A stretch of 63,779 nt of DNA from Octopus bimaculoides (GCF_001194135.2 NC_068982.1:25623163-25686941), one strand, 5' to 3'. Positions 27,296-40,934 are shown, counted from the first letter of the stretch. The notes: generated by a model not told the origin, from the sequence alone. Translations and numbers: made by a program.

Positions 27296-28190
27296 TATTG
27301 GGTCATCCCATAAATAATGCGGTCTTTTCAATTGCATGAACTAAGAGTCGGAAGGGGACGGGATAAACTACTTGCATCAACTTGCTATAAAAGCAGGTAG
27401 TAATTTTACCTTTTTCTCATTCTTAGTGAAAGTTTTGAACTGTGCAGTTCGATTTTAACAGTTATGTTTTTTGAAGTTATAATGGAAATGGCAAAGGAGT
27501 ATATTCGGTATGTTTTGCTTTATGAGATCAATAAAGGCAACAACACAGCGGAAAGTGCGGGGAATATTAATGCAGTATATAGGGATTGGACAATAAGCGT
27601 AAGCCAGTGTCAACGGTAGTTCCAGAAATTTCGAGCCGGAAACTACAGCCTATAAGACGAGCCTCGTTTTGGAAGATCTATAAACTCCGACGTGGACTTC
27701 CAGCAAACCTTAGTGGAGCAAAATCCCATCGTAACTGTTGAGGAACTAGCAGAGAAGCTTGGAATTGGTCATGCCCCCATTCATAGCCACTTGCGTGTCA
27801 TCGAAAAAGTCAGCAAATTGGATCAATGGGTTCCTCACAAACTTTCCGAGTCTAATCGCGTGCAGAGAGTAAATGTGCGCTCTTATTTGCTGCCATTTGC
27901 TGTCACGAATGAACCTTTTTTGACCGAATATAAAAATGTCAAGCGCCGAAGACAGTGGGTAGGAAAAGGAGAAACACCGGTACCCCAGGCGGAAGAATGT
28001 CTTCACCTACGTAAGGTACTGTTGTCTGTTTGGTGGGATATAAAAGGTTTAGTCTACTTTGAACTTTCAAACATAAACTAAACGATAATGATGAGATCTA
28101 CTGCGAACAGCTTGAGCGGATTAAGTCCGCGCTAGAAGAAAAACGACTATCTTTGGTTTCAAGACAAAAGGGGTTCTTCCATCAGGATGT
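27296..28190 (+). mobile_element. Mariner transposon (Hsmar1/cecropia-like), 3'-truncated
   Basis: TA+ttgggtcatccc TIR; MEMAKEYIRYVLLYE..QR*FQKFRAGNYSL*DEPRFGRS, WVPHKL, KVLLSVWWDIKGLVYFEL, GFFHQD; breaks into a SINE tail. Confidence 0.9.
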
Positions 28191-29129
28191 GCGTGCTTGG
28201 TTATGTATTTGCCCTCCTGTCCCTTAACATTCGATGGTAGGTTTTTTTTAAGTCCGACGAAAGAAACTGGTAGAATAAGTATGAGAGTTAAAATATGTAC
28301 TACTATGGACTAGAAAATTCAGGGCAGTGTTCCGGCATAGCCGCAGTCTACTGACCGAAACAAGTAGAAGCGTATAAGATTTAAAGACCAAATTTTTCCG
28401 CTCCGCTATTTTTTCTTATCCTCTGCAGTGAGTCTTATAAGATAATATGAGTTTATGTGTAACTGTATTCGGGAGACTATATGTGGGGGTAGGCTGACGT
28501 ACTCCAAAAGCATACTTTCTTATTAGATTTATTTTGTTTTATTAGTGTTACATTATTATATGTGCACGTCCATGCTTGTATTTACTAACCCATGTCACTG
28601 CGTGTATTTGAGTGAACGGATAATATTTTTTGCATGCATATCGGCCTCTATATATGCAAGTATTTGTTTGCATGTGTAGTAAAGTATGTAATTATTCATT
28701 AACATGCTGTTTTTTTTTGCTACATCTTATTTGCTTTGTATGTGTTTGTACACACAAGTGTAAGAGATACTGTAAGCCCGCATAGGTTTATATGCATGAT
28801 GGAACGTACCCCTGCGTATTTACGTCTGTGCTAACTTCTGTGTAATCATCTGCTTGTGAATTTATGTCTGTGTATATGTATATGTATATGTATATATATG
28901 TATATAGGTATGTGAAAGTGTGTACGTATATCTACATACAGACACAAACACACATATATCTACATTTCGAAGAATTTAGTTGTGAAATATCACACACAAA
29001 AAAATAATAAACATTCATACACACACACGCACACACATATATGTTATACATACACACACACATATATATATTATAGACATGCACACATATATTATACACA
29101 CATGTCTGTTCAATAAACACACACACACA

Positions 29130-29169
<40 letters not shown>

Positions 29170-29689
29170 ATTGCATAGGAAACCTTTGTCTCAGTATATT
29201 TGCCAAGGTTAAGTTTGGTTATCTGTGTCAAGTGAATGCATTTCATTTGGATGTATATAATGCCATCATGTAAATTCTATTTATTCTTGTTTACAACGCA
29301 ATTATGCATCGTACATTGCGTATTTAACATGTGTGGTTTGACAAGTAATTTTTGAAGTGTTTTGCTAAGCAACAACATACAATCATTCATACGGAAATAC
29401 ATACATATATGTACATATATAGATAGGCATATGTAGGGCGGTTTTGTGTGTATGCGTGTGCGTGTGTGTGTATGTGTGTGTGTGTGTATTTACCAACACA
29501 AACATACACACTACAAGTAGCTCTGTTAGCAGTGCCTACTTATATATGTCTGAACTTCCGTTAACTAGAGTATTTCGTCTGTTGTATATGTATATATCAA
29601 TGAATGCGACATAATTTTACATCTGCATGGTATATGTATATGTGTAATGCAGAGTAAATATTTGGAGAAGCATGGCATTAATAAATGTT

Positions 29690-29728
29690 CATATATTCAT
29701 ATATATATATATTCATATATACATATGC

Positions 29729-29759
<31 letters not shown>

Positions 29760-29775
29760 GATGTACATATAAATG

Positions 29776-29813
<38 letters not shown>

Positions 29814-30113
29814 GATGTACATATANNNNNNNNNNNNNNNNNNNNNNNNNNNNNNNNNNNNNNNNNNNNNNNNNNNNNNNNNNNNNNNNNNNNNNNNNNN
29901 NNNNNNNNNNNNNNNNNNNNNNNNNNNNNNNNNNNNNNNNNNNNNNNNNNNNNNNNNNNNNNNNNNNNNNNNNNNNNNNNNNNNNNNNNNNNNNNNNNNN
30001 NNNNNNNNNNNNNNNNNNNNNNNNNNNNNNNNNNNNNNNNNNNNNNNNNNNNNNNNNNNNNNNNNNNNNNNNNNNNNNNNNNNNNNNNNNNNNNNNNNNN
30101 NNNNNNNNNNNNN

Positions 30114-30164
<51 letters not shown>

Positions 30165-30207
30165 ATATATATATATGCATGTATATATATGTATGTATAT
30201 ATATATG

Positions 30208-30240
<33 letters not shown>

Positions 30241-30420
30241 ATACATACGTATGTATATATGTGTGTATATATGTATGTATATATGTATGTATATATGTAT
30301 GTATATATATGTATATATATGTCTATATAAATGTATATATATATATATATGAATATATATATGTATATAATGTATATATATGCATGTAATATGTGTGTGT
30401 ATGTATGTATATATATGTAT
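29690..30420. repeat. (TA)n/(TATG)n low-complexity tract spanning an N gap
   Basis: Directly visible. Confidence 0.95.
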
Positions 30421-30487
30421 AAAACTTACTTGGAAAAGGATGCGTGGCTTGTGTGTGTGTGCGTGTGTGTTTATATATACATATACG

Positions 30488-30835
30488 AAGGTGTGGTTGT
30501 GTGGTAAAACGGTTGCTTCCCAACCCATAGTTCTGGGTTCAGTCTCCCTGCATGACAACTTGGGTAAATGTCTTCTACTATAACCTCGGGCCAACTAAAA
30601 ACCTCTGAGTCGATTTGGTAGACGGAAACTGAAGGAAGCCCGCCGTATAAATGTGTGTGCGTGTCTCTCTGTCTGTCTTTGTGTCTGTTCATGACTCCAT
30701 ATCTAGCAGTTCGGCAAAATAGGCAAAAGAATAAGAACTAGGCTTACAAACAATACGTCCTAGGGTCGATTTCTTCTACTAAAACACTTGAAGGCGGAAC
30801 TTTAGCATGGCCGCTGTCAAATGACAGAAATGTGT
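30488..30835 (+). mobile_element. SINE family B
   Basis: Head gtggttgtgtggtaaaacgg..gggttcagtctc, tail gcatggccgctgtcaaatgacag. Confidence 0.8.
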
Positions 30836-31470
30836 AAATGAATAAATGAATATACATACATATGTATGTATGTGTGTATATATAGTTATAGATATATGTG
30901 TATACGTATACAAATATGTATATATACAAACATATTTATATTATTTTAAGTCGCCTGCGTGCCGGCATGTGTTAGGAGAGTCATTGCCGTCTCAGTTGCT
31001 CCTATTGCAAGATAAACATCACAATTACCATATGTAAATAGTCTCATTCAGCTTAATCTCTACGGTTGGTTACCTTTCCAGTTTTACGAAGTGTACTACG
31101 TGCATGTTCTCGTAGCACCAACACGACTTCGATGAGAATGACAAAGTGAGGCTGACGAGACAAGGCAAGAGCTACTTCAGAATACTACCCTGTCTCTGCT
31201 CATTTACCCAGTCCCTTAACAACGTGGACATTATTTGGTGGGAGAATTATACAGAGAATGTGTAAATTTCGGAAGACCAGAATTTGCTATTTCAGAGATG
31301 ATAATAGTGGATTACATGTAGGTATAGAGGGTACTCAATAAAGTGCGGCATGTACATTTTCAGAGTTCAGCAAAAAGGGAAGTTATAGAGTTGGAAGACA
31401 AAAATGGCATCAGAAGGGCATGAATGGGAGAATGAAATGAGAAAGCGTGCTATGGTAACAAAAACTTTAT

Positions 31471-31695
31471 TATGAGGGGGTAGTGAAGATTTCCTGGTTT
31501 CGGTTAGAAAAATATACAAGTGGACGAATTAAATATGATTGCATTCCATATATTATCCAGTCAGATTCCCACACTTCAATTTTTCAGTGGCCCTTCAGTT
31601 TTTCTAAGCCCTATAAAAGAACTCAGAATGTTGGGCCTCCAACCAGATCTTCCTCGATACTCTTAAAGCCAGTAACTTTTCAGTAGCCCCTCGTA
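31471..31695. mobile_element. Degenerate mariner-derived MITE (about 225 bp)
   Basis: Left tatgagggggtagtgaagatttcctggttt versus reverse complement of right end tacgaggggctactgaaaagttactggcttt; TA at both ends. Confidence 0.6.
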
Positions 31696-32240
31696 TATGG
31701 TTACTCATAGGAGTAATACTCAATAGCAGGCAGGGAAGTGTTGGTTCGGTGATATAATAGACGAGAGTATGTAAGAAATGGCAGTAGCTGTGTTTCAGAG
31801 GAGTGGGTAGCTTGTTAGCATCATAGCACGGTGAAAATGGGAGATATTGGATTAGGATAACGAGTTCTAATGCATTTTCTTATATATAAGTCTGCTGAAA
31901 GACAAATTGGCGGAGTGAACAGGTTGCTGCAATCAGCACAGATTGTGGGGAAATAACATTAAAGGTGGATGTATATGAGTGACAAGGGGACGAGTGCGAA
32001 ATGGGGTGAGCAAAAGGTGTATATGAAGTGGAGGGCAGTGAGTGGGGAAGCCAATAACAGGGTACAAATATTACACATCATAAACGTTAATTTAGAAGAT
32101 GTATTGTGGTGGGAGGGTGGATCTTCTGCCTCAGAGAGCGTAACGCCAATCAGTACGGTCCTTTATCATCTCTTCCCTGGGCTGTTGCACCCTCAAATCA
32201 TTATTCATGTCCCTAAACCCATGCATACATACAGCCAGAC

Positions 32241-32323
<83 letters not shown>

Positions 32324-32898
32324 NNNNNNNNNNNNNNNNNNNNNNNNNNNNNNNNNNNNNNNNNNNNNNNNNNNNNNNNNNNNNNNNNNNNNNNNNNNNN
32401 NNNNNNNNNNNNNNNNNNNNNNNNNNNNNNNNNNNNNNNNNNNNNNNNNNNNNNNNNNNNNNNNNNNNNNNNNNNNNNNNNNNNNNNNNNNNNNNNNNNN
32501 NNNNNNNNNNNNNNNNNNNNNNNNNNNNNNNNNNNNNNNNNNNNNNNNNNNNNNNNNNNNNNNNNNNNNNNNNNNNNNNNNNNNNNNNNNNNNNNNNNNN
32601 NNNNNNNNNNNNNNNNNNNNNNNNNNNNNNNNNNNNNNNNNNNNNNNNNNNNNNNNNNNNNNNNNNNNNNNNNNNNNNNNNNNNNNNNNNNNNNNNNNNN
32701 NNNNNNNNNNNNNNNNNNNNNNNNNNNNNNNNNNNNNNNNNNNNNNNNNNNNNNNNNNNNNNNNNNNNNNNNNNNNNNNNNNNNNNNNNNNNNNNNNNNN
32801 NNNNNNNNNNNNNNNNNNNNNNNNNNNNNNNNNNNNNNNNNNNNNNNNNNNNNNNNNNNNNNNNNNNNNNNNNNNNNNNNNNNNNNNNNNNNNNNNNN

Positions 32899-33280
32899 AG
32901 GGAGAGAGTGTATTCGACTCATGATCGTAAAGTCGCGATTTCGATTCACGGTGGCGCGTTGTGTCCTTGTGCAAGACACTTTATTTCACTTTATTTCTCC
33001 AGTTCACTCAGCTGGCAAAAATGAGATTCACGGTGGCGCGTTGTGTCCTTGTGCAAGACACTTTATTTCACTTTATTTCTCCAGTTCACTCAGCTGGCAA
33101 AAATGAGATGCACGTGTGTTTCAAAAAGTCAATTTTGTCACACTCTGTGTCACGCTGAATCTTCCTGAGAACCACATAAAATGTGCGCGTGCTTATGGAG
33201 TGATTAGCCACCTGCACGCTGAATTCACGAGGAGGCTGTTCCGTGCTAATATCAATAAAAGACTGATGTTTGGTATCAGC
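32899..33280 (+). mobile_element. SINE family C variant with 82-bp internal tandem duplication
   Basis: Reverse complement of the 34963 type; exact repeat 32943-33024 / 33025-33106. Confidence 0.75.
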
Positions 33281-33333
33281 TAAAGGAATATTTAAGTTAT
33301 GGAACATTCATATTTTACACTAATCTTCCTTCA

Positions 33334-33565
33334 TATTGGGTTGACCGGAAAGTTCGTGTCGATTTTTAAAGGAAAGAAAGAAGTCAATAAATACTTACCA
33401 TTACATTTTTAATCAACCAGATATGAACCTTTTCTGTTGCACAATGAGTCTCCATCTTTCCTTTAACTTGAAAATAGCCTCTTTTCAGAATGAGGTGGTT
33501 TCATAGCAAATAAGTCGAAAGGTAAGCTACTATAAATCGGCACGAACTTTCCGGACAACCCAATA
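33334..33565. mobile_element. Mariner-derived MITE, 228 bp plus TA duplications
   Basis: 30-bp TIRs ttgggttg(a/t)ccggaaagttcgtg(t/c)cgattt with 2 mismatches; TA at 33334-33335 and 33564-33565. Confidence 0.9.
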
Positions 33566-34044
33566 TAAACTAAGGATTATATTATAGGCTTAAGAAGTAA
33601 TTATTGTTACTCCCTACATGATATTTATAGTTTCTTACTGGTACTTGTTTAGAAGGGTTATTTATATAAAAACCCTTATAAAATACGAAGAAACCCTTAA
33701 CTGCGTGATGTCTGATTTCATCGTTTTCGAGATTCCATTATTTATTAGTATCACAGGTTAATTTTGTTCTTGTAGGAAGCTTTTGAGTTCATCAAGTCTA
33801 ATGTGGCGTATTTGTAATTGACCCACACATCAATTAGATTTGGTGTATTTGTAATTGAAACACAAGCGCGTCGCAATTGGTCGGCAAGCTAGATAAAATT
33901 TCGTTATTAGCATGAAAGCTGCTTTAGTTTAAAATTTCATTCTGTACATCATACGTAGCGCAGATATACTGTGGAAAGCCCGAAAAATGCAATATTCATC
34001 TCAAGAAAAGTGTCTCGTATAGCTGTATAAAATGGAATAAAATG

Positions 34045-34113
<69 letters not shown>

Positions 34114-34962
34114 GGATAGAATGACAAACAGACACACAGATACAAAGTGTGCACACACATGCACCACATCATGCAAATTGTACGATAAAAGCACTTACTA
34201 ATAACGAAAAAGGAGGCTTTGTAACTATCAATTTCAAAAAACTAAGTACATTAAAATAATGTTACCAATTGCACGAATGTACGTAAATAAATTAGAGAAT
34301 GATGTACACAGTGCCATATATAAAAGTAAAAATAATTAATTGAAATTTCCTTTTCGGTTAGAGAAAACAAACAAAAGCTAGCGGCAATTGGGTGTTGCTA
34401 ACAATTGTCATTATTTATGTTATTTCATTATGTTTTATCAACCTAAGAGGGAAATTTCAATTACTTAAGAATTTTCTTTTTGTCTACACAGTATTCTATA
34501 CCTCATTCTTTAAGTTATTTATTTAAATTCATGCCATCGGCCTATTTGTTTTAATTTCCTGATATGATTCATATTTTATATTTTAAAAGCGGCTATATAT
34601 GCATTGGATACTTTGATCGTTTTATGTGTATATGATGTATTCGTGTTAATATCTGTGTGCATTTATGTATGTGCACCTATACATGTATATATAAAGCTTA
34701 TACACATGTATATATTAATAGATATGTGTGTATGTGTGTGTGTGTGCGCGCGTGTGTAGGTAAGTATATATATATACTTACCTACACACGCGCGCACACA
34801 CACACACATACGATAAAATCAAGAGGTATGAATATTTATTTAATCACATGAATTCCATAGGATTACGGCCGTTTCGCAACCTTCTACTTGTGGTTTTAAT
34901 CTTATTAAGGGTAGCCAAGTCCTCATCTTACATTACTCATATATGCATAAGATTTGATTAGG

Positions 34963-35282
34963 GAGCACTCCGTCGGTTACGACGACGAGAGCCCCAGCTG
35001 ATAAGATCAACTTGACAGCTTGCTCGTGAAACTAATGTTGGCTGAGCACTCCACAGACACGTGTACCCTTAACGTAGTTCTCGGGGAGTTTCAGCATGAG
35101 ACAGAGTGTGACAAGACTGGCCCTTTGAAATACAGGTACTACTCATTTTTGCCAGCTGAGTGGACTGGAGCAATGGGAAATAAAGTGTCTTGCTTAGGGA
35201 CACAACGCGTCGCCGGGAATTGAACTCACGACTTTACGATCATCAGCTGAATTCCCCTAACCACTAAGTCACGCGCCTTCAC
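34963..35282 (-). mobile_element. SINE family C variant (different central domain)
   Basis: Shares about 175-bp 3' part and tRNA head with 49654-50045; central segment differs. Confidence 0.8.
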
Positions 35283-35302
35283 TTCATATATGCATATATA
35301 CA

Positions 35303-35480
35303 TATAAATAATATGGGTGGCTAATTTGCAATTTTACCACCTAAAAGCTGTCATTAAAATCGTGCTTCTGTGGCTATTGAGTGGTTTTGATTGTGACTAG
35401 CGCTCTTTGTCACTTCAATGACGTATATAGTTCTGTCTTTAGGTTGTAAACTTGCGAATTAGCCACCCATATTATTCATA
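35303..35480. mobile_element. Short TIR element (MITE-like, about 175 bp)
   Basis: About 40-bp inverted ends aataatatgggtggctaatt(t/c)gcaa(t/g)tttac(c/a)acctaaa with 3 mismatches. Confidence 0.75.
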
Positions 35481-35789
35481 ATTTTCACTTTTACCGTTTA
35501 TGAAAGCAGCGCGTGATTTCAACGGAAATCTTTTTAACTGACAAGGTGAGCTGAGTTTAATCCTAGGCGCAGTGTGAGCCACCGGTGAGCATTAAGATGC
35601 GTAAAGCATCAAAATGCGAAGTCATCGACGATCTGACTATATCTGCGACCGTAGAGAGCTTGCGTCCCTTGCCAGTCATTAAGATAGTGCTTCTGTGGTT
35701 ACTGAGTTGCCTTGACTCTTATTTCTAGCAATGCTGGTGCTGATTTGTGCCCTTTGTCACTTTAGTATGTATATATATACTCTTTTGCT

Positions 35790-35995
35790 CTTTGCTCTTT
35801 TACTTGTTTCAGTCATTTGACTGCGGCCATGCTGGAGCACCGCCTTTAGTCGAGAAAATCGACCCCAGGACTTATTCTTTGTAAGCCTAGTACTAATTCT
35901 ATCGGTCTCTTTTTGCCGAACCGCTAGGTTACGGGGATGTAAACACACCAGCATCGGTTGTCAAGTGATGGTGGGGGGACAAACACACACACACA
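35790..35995 (-). mobile_element. SINE family B 3' half (head lost in gap)
   Basis: Well-preserved tail. Other partial copies at about 14900-14977, 15965-16170, 28195-28375, 36940-37050, 59035-59145 and 60771-60927. Confidence 0.85.
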
Positions 35996-36827
35996 NNNNN
36001 NNNNNNNNNNNNNNNNNNNNNNNNNNNNNNNNNNNNNNNNNNNNNNNNNNNNNNNNNNNNNNNNNNNNNNNNNNNNNNNNNNNNNNNNNNNNNNNNNNNN
36101 NNNNNNNNNNNNNNNNNNNNNNNNNNNNNNNNNNNNNNNNNNNNNNNNNNNNNNNNNNNNNNNNNNNNNNNNNNNNNNNNNNNNNNNNNNNNNNNNNNNN
36201 NNNNNNNNNNNNNNNNNNNNNNNNNNNNNNNNNNNNNNNNNNNNNNNNNNNNNNNNNNNNNNNNNNNNNNNNNNNNNNNNNNNNNNNNNNNNNNNNNNNN
36301 NNNNNNNNNNNNNNNNNNNNNNNNNNNNNNNNNNNNNNNNNNNNNNNNNNNNNNNNNNNNNNNNNNNNNNNNNNNNNNNNNNNNNNNNNNNNNNNNNNNN
36401 NNNNNNNNNNNNNNNNNNNNNNNNNNNNNNNNNNNNNNNNNNNNNNNNNNNNNNNNNNNNNNNNNNNNNNNNNNNNNNNNNNNNNNNNNNNNNNNNNNNN
36501 NNNNNNNNNNNNNNTATAAGAAATACAAGGTCCTTAGTATAGCATTATATATATGAAAAATTAATAGAAATTATTTTTCTATGAACCACATCTCATTAAA
36601 ACTGTTTTACTGTTTTATTAGAAACATTGTTTACTGCTTCGAATATCTTTGTTATCCCTTATATTTTGTTCTCAGTTACCTGGGAGTACATACGCCTGAG
36701 AAAGTCCATGTGTGTGTGTTTATATACATACACACACATATGTATATATATGTATATGTGGGAGTATGTCTATATGCTAACACACACACTCACACGTACA
36801 CCCACACACACACACACTTATACACAC

Positions 36828-36933
<106 letters not shown>

Positions 36934-37793
36934 GTGAACGACAAGCATTTGGTCTGCCGGAGTTATAATAGAAGACATTTGGACAAGGTATCTCGCTGTG
37001 AGCCCTATCTCGACACCATGCAGTAGGGAAACAAACTTCTTCAACTGATTGCATGCATATATATAGCATACACACATACAGGTATATTTAGTTGAGTACT
37101 CATTTTCTCCCGCGCGCGTGTCCATGTGTTTTTAAGTGTGTATGTGTGTATATGAGTGTATATGTGTGTGTTTTGAGGTGTGAGTGTGTTTGTGTGTATG
37201 TGTGTGTGTGTTTCTTTGTGTGTGTGTTTGTGTGTGTGTGTGTGTATGTATGTGTGTGTGTGTGTGTGTAAGTGTGTGTGTGTGAGTGTGTGTGTATCAG
37301 CGCGTACGATATTCGGGGTAAAGATCGTACAGGCGGAGAAACGTAGAAACGGAGATGTACCTGCAAATAAATATAAACACTGGATGATGCAATTTGTAAT
37401 GCTTTGCCAGCCTGCAACGTTACCAGAATGGGTGATGTATGTGAGGGTTGAGCTAAAATGTGTGCAGAATGCGAGTGAAAGAGAGGATTAGTCGGACACA
37501 TGATTAATGTATAAGTTGAGTTTGTATCCATGTTATTCATTACAGTGAGTGCTGGTGAGTTTTCATTACCTCAAAAAGCAGCAAGCGGTTTAGGTGCATT
37601 TATATAACATCAGTAACTGTATGTAGGCATGTATGGATGCAAGTGAATGAATGTTTTTAAGAACGTATACAAGTATATATTACGTACGTACGTTTATGTG
37701 TATATATGTATGAGTATACCCACACGCACATATGCACTCATGTATATATGTGTGCGCGCGGATGCGTTCGTGGTTGTGCTTGGACGCGCGCGC

Positions 37794-37856
<63 letters not shown>

Positions 37857-38194
37857 ATGCAAGTAGAGTATTATGTGTCCATGTGCGTATGTATATATGC
37901 ATGCATGATAGAATTTGAGCATCTAGTTATGCCCGTAGTCATATTTTTATATACTTATTTACATATGTGTATGTATATATTATGCAGGTACATATTGATG
38001 TAACCATATAAGTATATATATATGCATATATATATATGCCTATATACGTACATATGCATATATATATATGCATATATATATATGTATATATATGCATATA
38101 TATATATATACACACATATATATATACATATATGCACATATATATATATATATGCATATACATGTATATATNNNNNNNNNNATATATATAATAG

Positions 38195-38480
38195 AGACTC
38201 AACTCCTTTAACCTCTCCCAGTAGCCCATCTTTTGCATCGAGTCAATCTTCTTTTTGCATTGGCGCTGGTTTGCTTCTAGTTCCAGAGTTTGTTTCTCAC
38301 ACTCTGGGGACCATCATTAGGAGCAGTAGTCCAAGCGGCTGAGAACGAAAGTCTTCCATAAGGGTAGTAGGGCTTCCCTTTACCTGGTTCTCAACGTCTT
38401 CAGAATCCATCCAGGCATTCGCCTGCACAGTGTTGCCATCTTGGTAATACGCACATGTAATTTTGCATCATTGCCCATAG
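38195..38480 (-). mobile_element. CR1-like LINE, post-RT fragment (same family as 56289-58960)
   Basis: HVRITKMATLCRRMPGWILKTLRTR, LWKTFVLSRLDYCS, MGYWERLKELSLY. Confidence 0.8.
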
Positions 38481-38719
38481 GCTTGCATCCTAACTTGAAT
38501 TTACTCACAGTTGCAGGATGACGATCGAATCCAGGCTGAGGTGCCCTGGGACACCTGCCAGGCCAGACCACAGAACAAAATGTTCCAGAGCCCTTTTTGC
38601 TATTTACTTCATTATCAATATGAACTTTCATTGTTTAGATCTGTCTTTTTAAGCTTCGGCCAGCTATGTACATACAAGATGTCCATATCTTTTTCCTTTC
38701 CAGCAATACCTGTGCATGA

Positions 38720-39035
38720 CACTTTTTAAAATGAGGAAAAGTTTTGCACAGCAAGCATTCCCACTCTCTAAACTACGTGATTTCAACTTCCCCTATGACA
38801 AATGGTTCGAAGGCTTCATGCTCTCAGGAATGACTCATTGCAAACAAGCATGGGGTGAGTCCCTGCTCAACCTCACCAATGACCTATTCATGGAGCAGGT
38901 TGTGCTCTGACCAACTAGAGCGAATAACAATTTGGATCTCTGCTTCACAAAAAGTACGGACACCGTTCATGATGTAAAAGTGACGCCAACATTAGTTTCG
39001 GATTACAACATAATAGAGCTGCCTATGTATGGACC
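38720..39035 (+). mobile_element. CR1-like LINE endonuclease fragment, opposite orientation to the adjacent RT piece
   Basis: DFNFPYDKWFEGFMLSGMTHCKQAWGESLLNLTNDLFMEQVV aligns with the reverse complement of about 58520-58790. Confidence 0.85.
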
Positions 39036-40008
39036 ACATGCTTCAGGTCACTAATCCTTTTCTTCCTTGGCTATCGCCGAGCAAACACGCGAACTTACTT
39101 CGTCCCTACTTTCAGTTCGTGCCTCACAGCGTTCATATATACATAATTTTTCACGTCTGGCCGTACAGCCTTTTCCGTTTGTTTTCCTGTCTTGTTTTTT
39201 GTCCGCCACTACATTCCTCCATGGCACAAGTTTAATTTGTGTATACAAATTTAATTTGCGGTCCTGCCTAACTCTTCGAAACGCCGGTGTTAAAACGGGG
39301 GTAGCTGATGAAGGAACATGTTCTCTATGTGGCTTGTGTGTTTTCTGTAATCTGGTAATTATTATTTTCTTGTCTACNNNNNNNNNNNNNNNNNNNNNNN
39401 NNNNNNNNNNNNNNNNNNNNNNNNNNNNNNNNNNNNNNNNNNNNNNNNNNNNNNNNNNNNNNNNNNNNNNNNNNNNNNNNNNNNNNNNNNNNNNNNNNNN
39501 NNNNNNNNNNNNNNNNNNNNNNNNNNNNNNNNNNNNNNNNNNNNNNNNNNNNNNNNNNNNNNNNNNNNNNNNNNNNNNNNNNNNNNNNNNNNNNNNNNNN
39601 NNNNNNNNNNNNNNNNNNNNNNNNNNNNNNNNNNNNNNNNNNNNNNNNNNNNNNNNNNNNNNNNNNNNNNNNNNNNNNNNNNNNNNNNNNNNNNNNNNNN
39701 NNNNNNNNNNNNNNNNNNNNNNNNNNNNNNNNNNNNNNNNNNNNNNNNNNNNNNNNNNNNNNNNNNNNNNNNNNNNNNNNNNNNNNNNNNNNNNNNNNNN
39801 NNNNNNNNNNNNNNNNNNNNNNNNNNNNNNNNNNNNNNNNNNNNNNNNNNNNNNNNNNNNNNNNNNNNNNNNNNNNNNNNNNNNNNNNNNNNNNNNNNNN
39901 NNNNNNNNNNNNNNNNNNNNNNNNNNNNNNNNNNNNNNNNNNNNNNNNNNNNNNNNNNNNNNNNNNNNNNNNNNNNNNNNNNNNNNNNNNNNNNNNNNNN
40001 ATATATAC

Positions 40009-40094
<86 letters not shown>

Positions 40095-40739
40095 ATATAT
40101 ATATATATAAATATGGATACATACATATAGATAGATAGATAGATAGTTTGAGTCATTGATATTTAAATGTAGATAGAAAAAGGCACGCAGCCGACAGATA
40201 GATTCTTATGGAAAAAAGATGCAGAAAGACTATAAGAAGGTAAAAACCAGGAGAGGGCGTAGCAAGTTTGAATATGTAGGGAGGGATTTGTATGCGTCTG
40301 GTTGCGTCTATGTAATTTTGCTTGTATGTGTCTGACTATGAATGTTTATGTGAAGCTATCATACACAGGAAGTTGTAAAAATATAGGAAGTTGAGAATAT
40401 AAAAGTAAACCGGATTGCAATGCTATATATACTTTAGCAGATGCTGCATACAAATGTAATGGTTGATGATTGGGAGGGGAAAAGGTACAGGAAACTTGTA
40501 GGTGGCTGTAGGGCTGTCATGCTCGATGACAAGAAAGAAATTGTTGTGACGTATTTTGAACCGACAGTGTCGTTTTTGACAGGTTGTGGAATAAAGATTA
40601 GTCACGCCTTCTGGGTTTGCAACGGCTAAAAGTTATCGTTCTGTATGTGTGCGTTTATTTAATTTAATTTTATTTTATTTTATTTTTTGCGGCGTGTTAG
40701 CTAGTTAATTAGACAGACAGACAGACAGACAGACAGACT

Positions 40740-40770
<31 letters not shown>

Positions 40771-40934
40771 TGATAGACAGACAGACAGATAGATAGATAG
40801 ATAAATAGATAGATAGATAGGTAGATAGATACCTAATTTTTGGTCTCTTTTAGCCGATAACTAAGACCGATGAACTACTTTCTATAAGAAGCCTAGGAAA
40901 CTAAGTTGTATGGGACCAAATCAGACTTATTTAG

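Noticed and set aside
40441-40629. 62-aa ATG ORF right after ttagcAG, with a possible donor at 40485
   Set aside because: Short, no recognisable family and only moderate splice signals; not distinguishable from chance.
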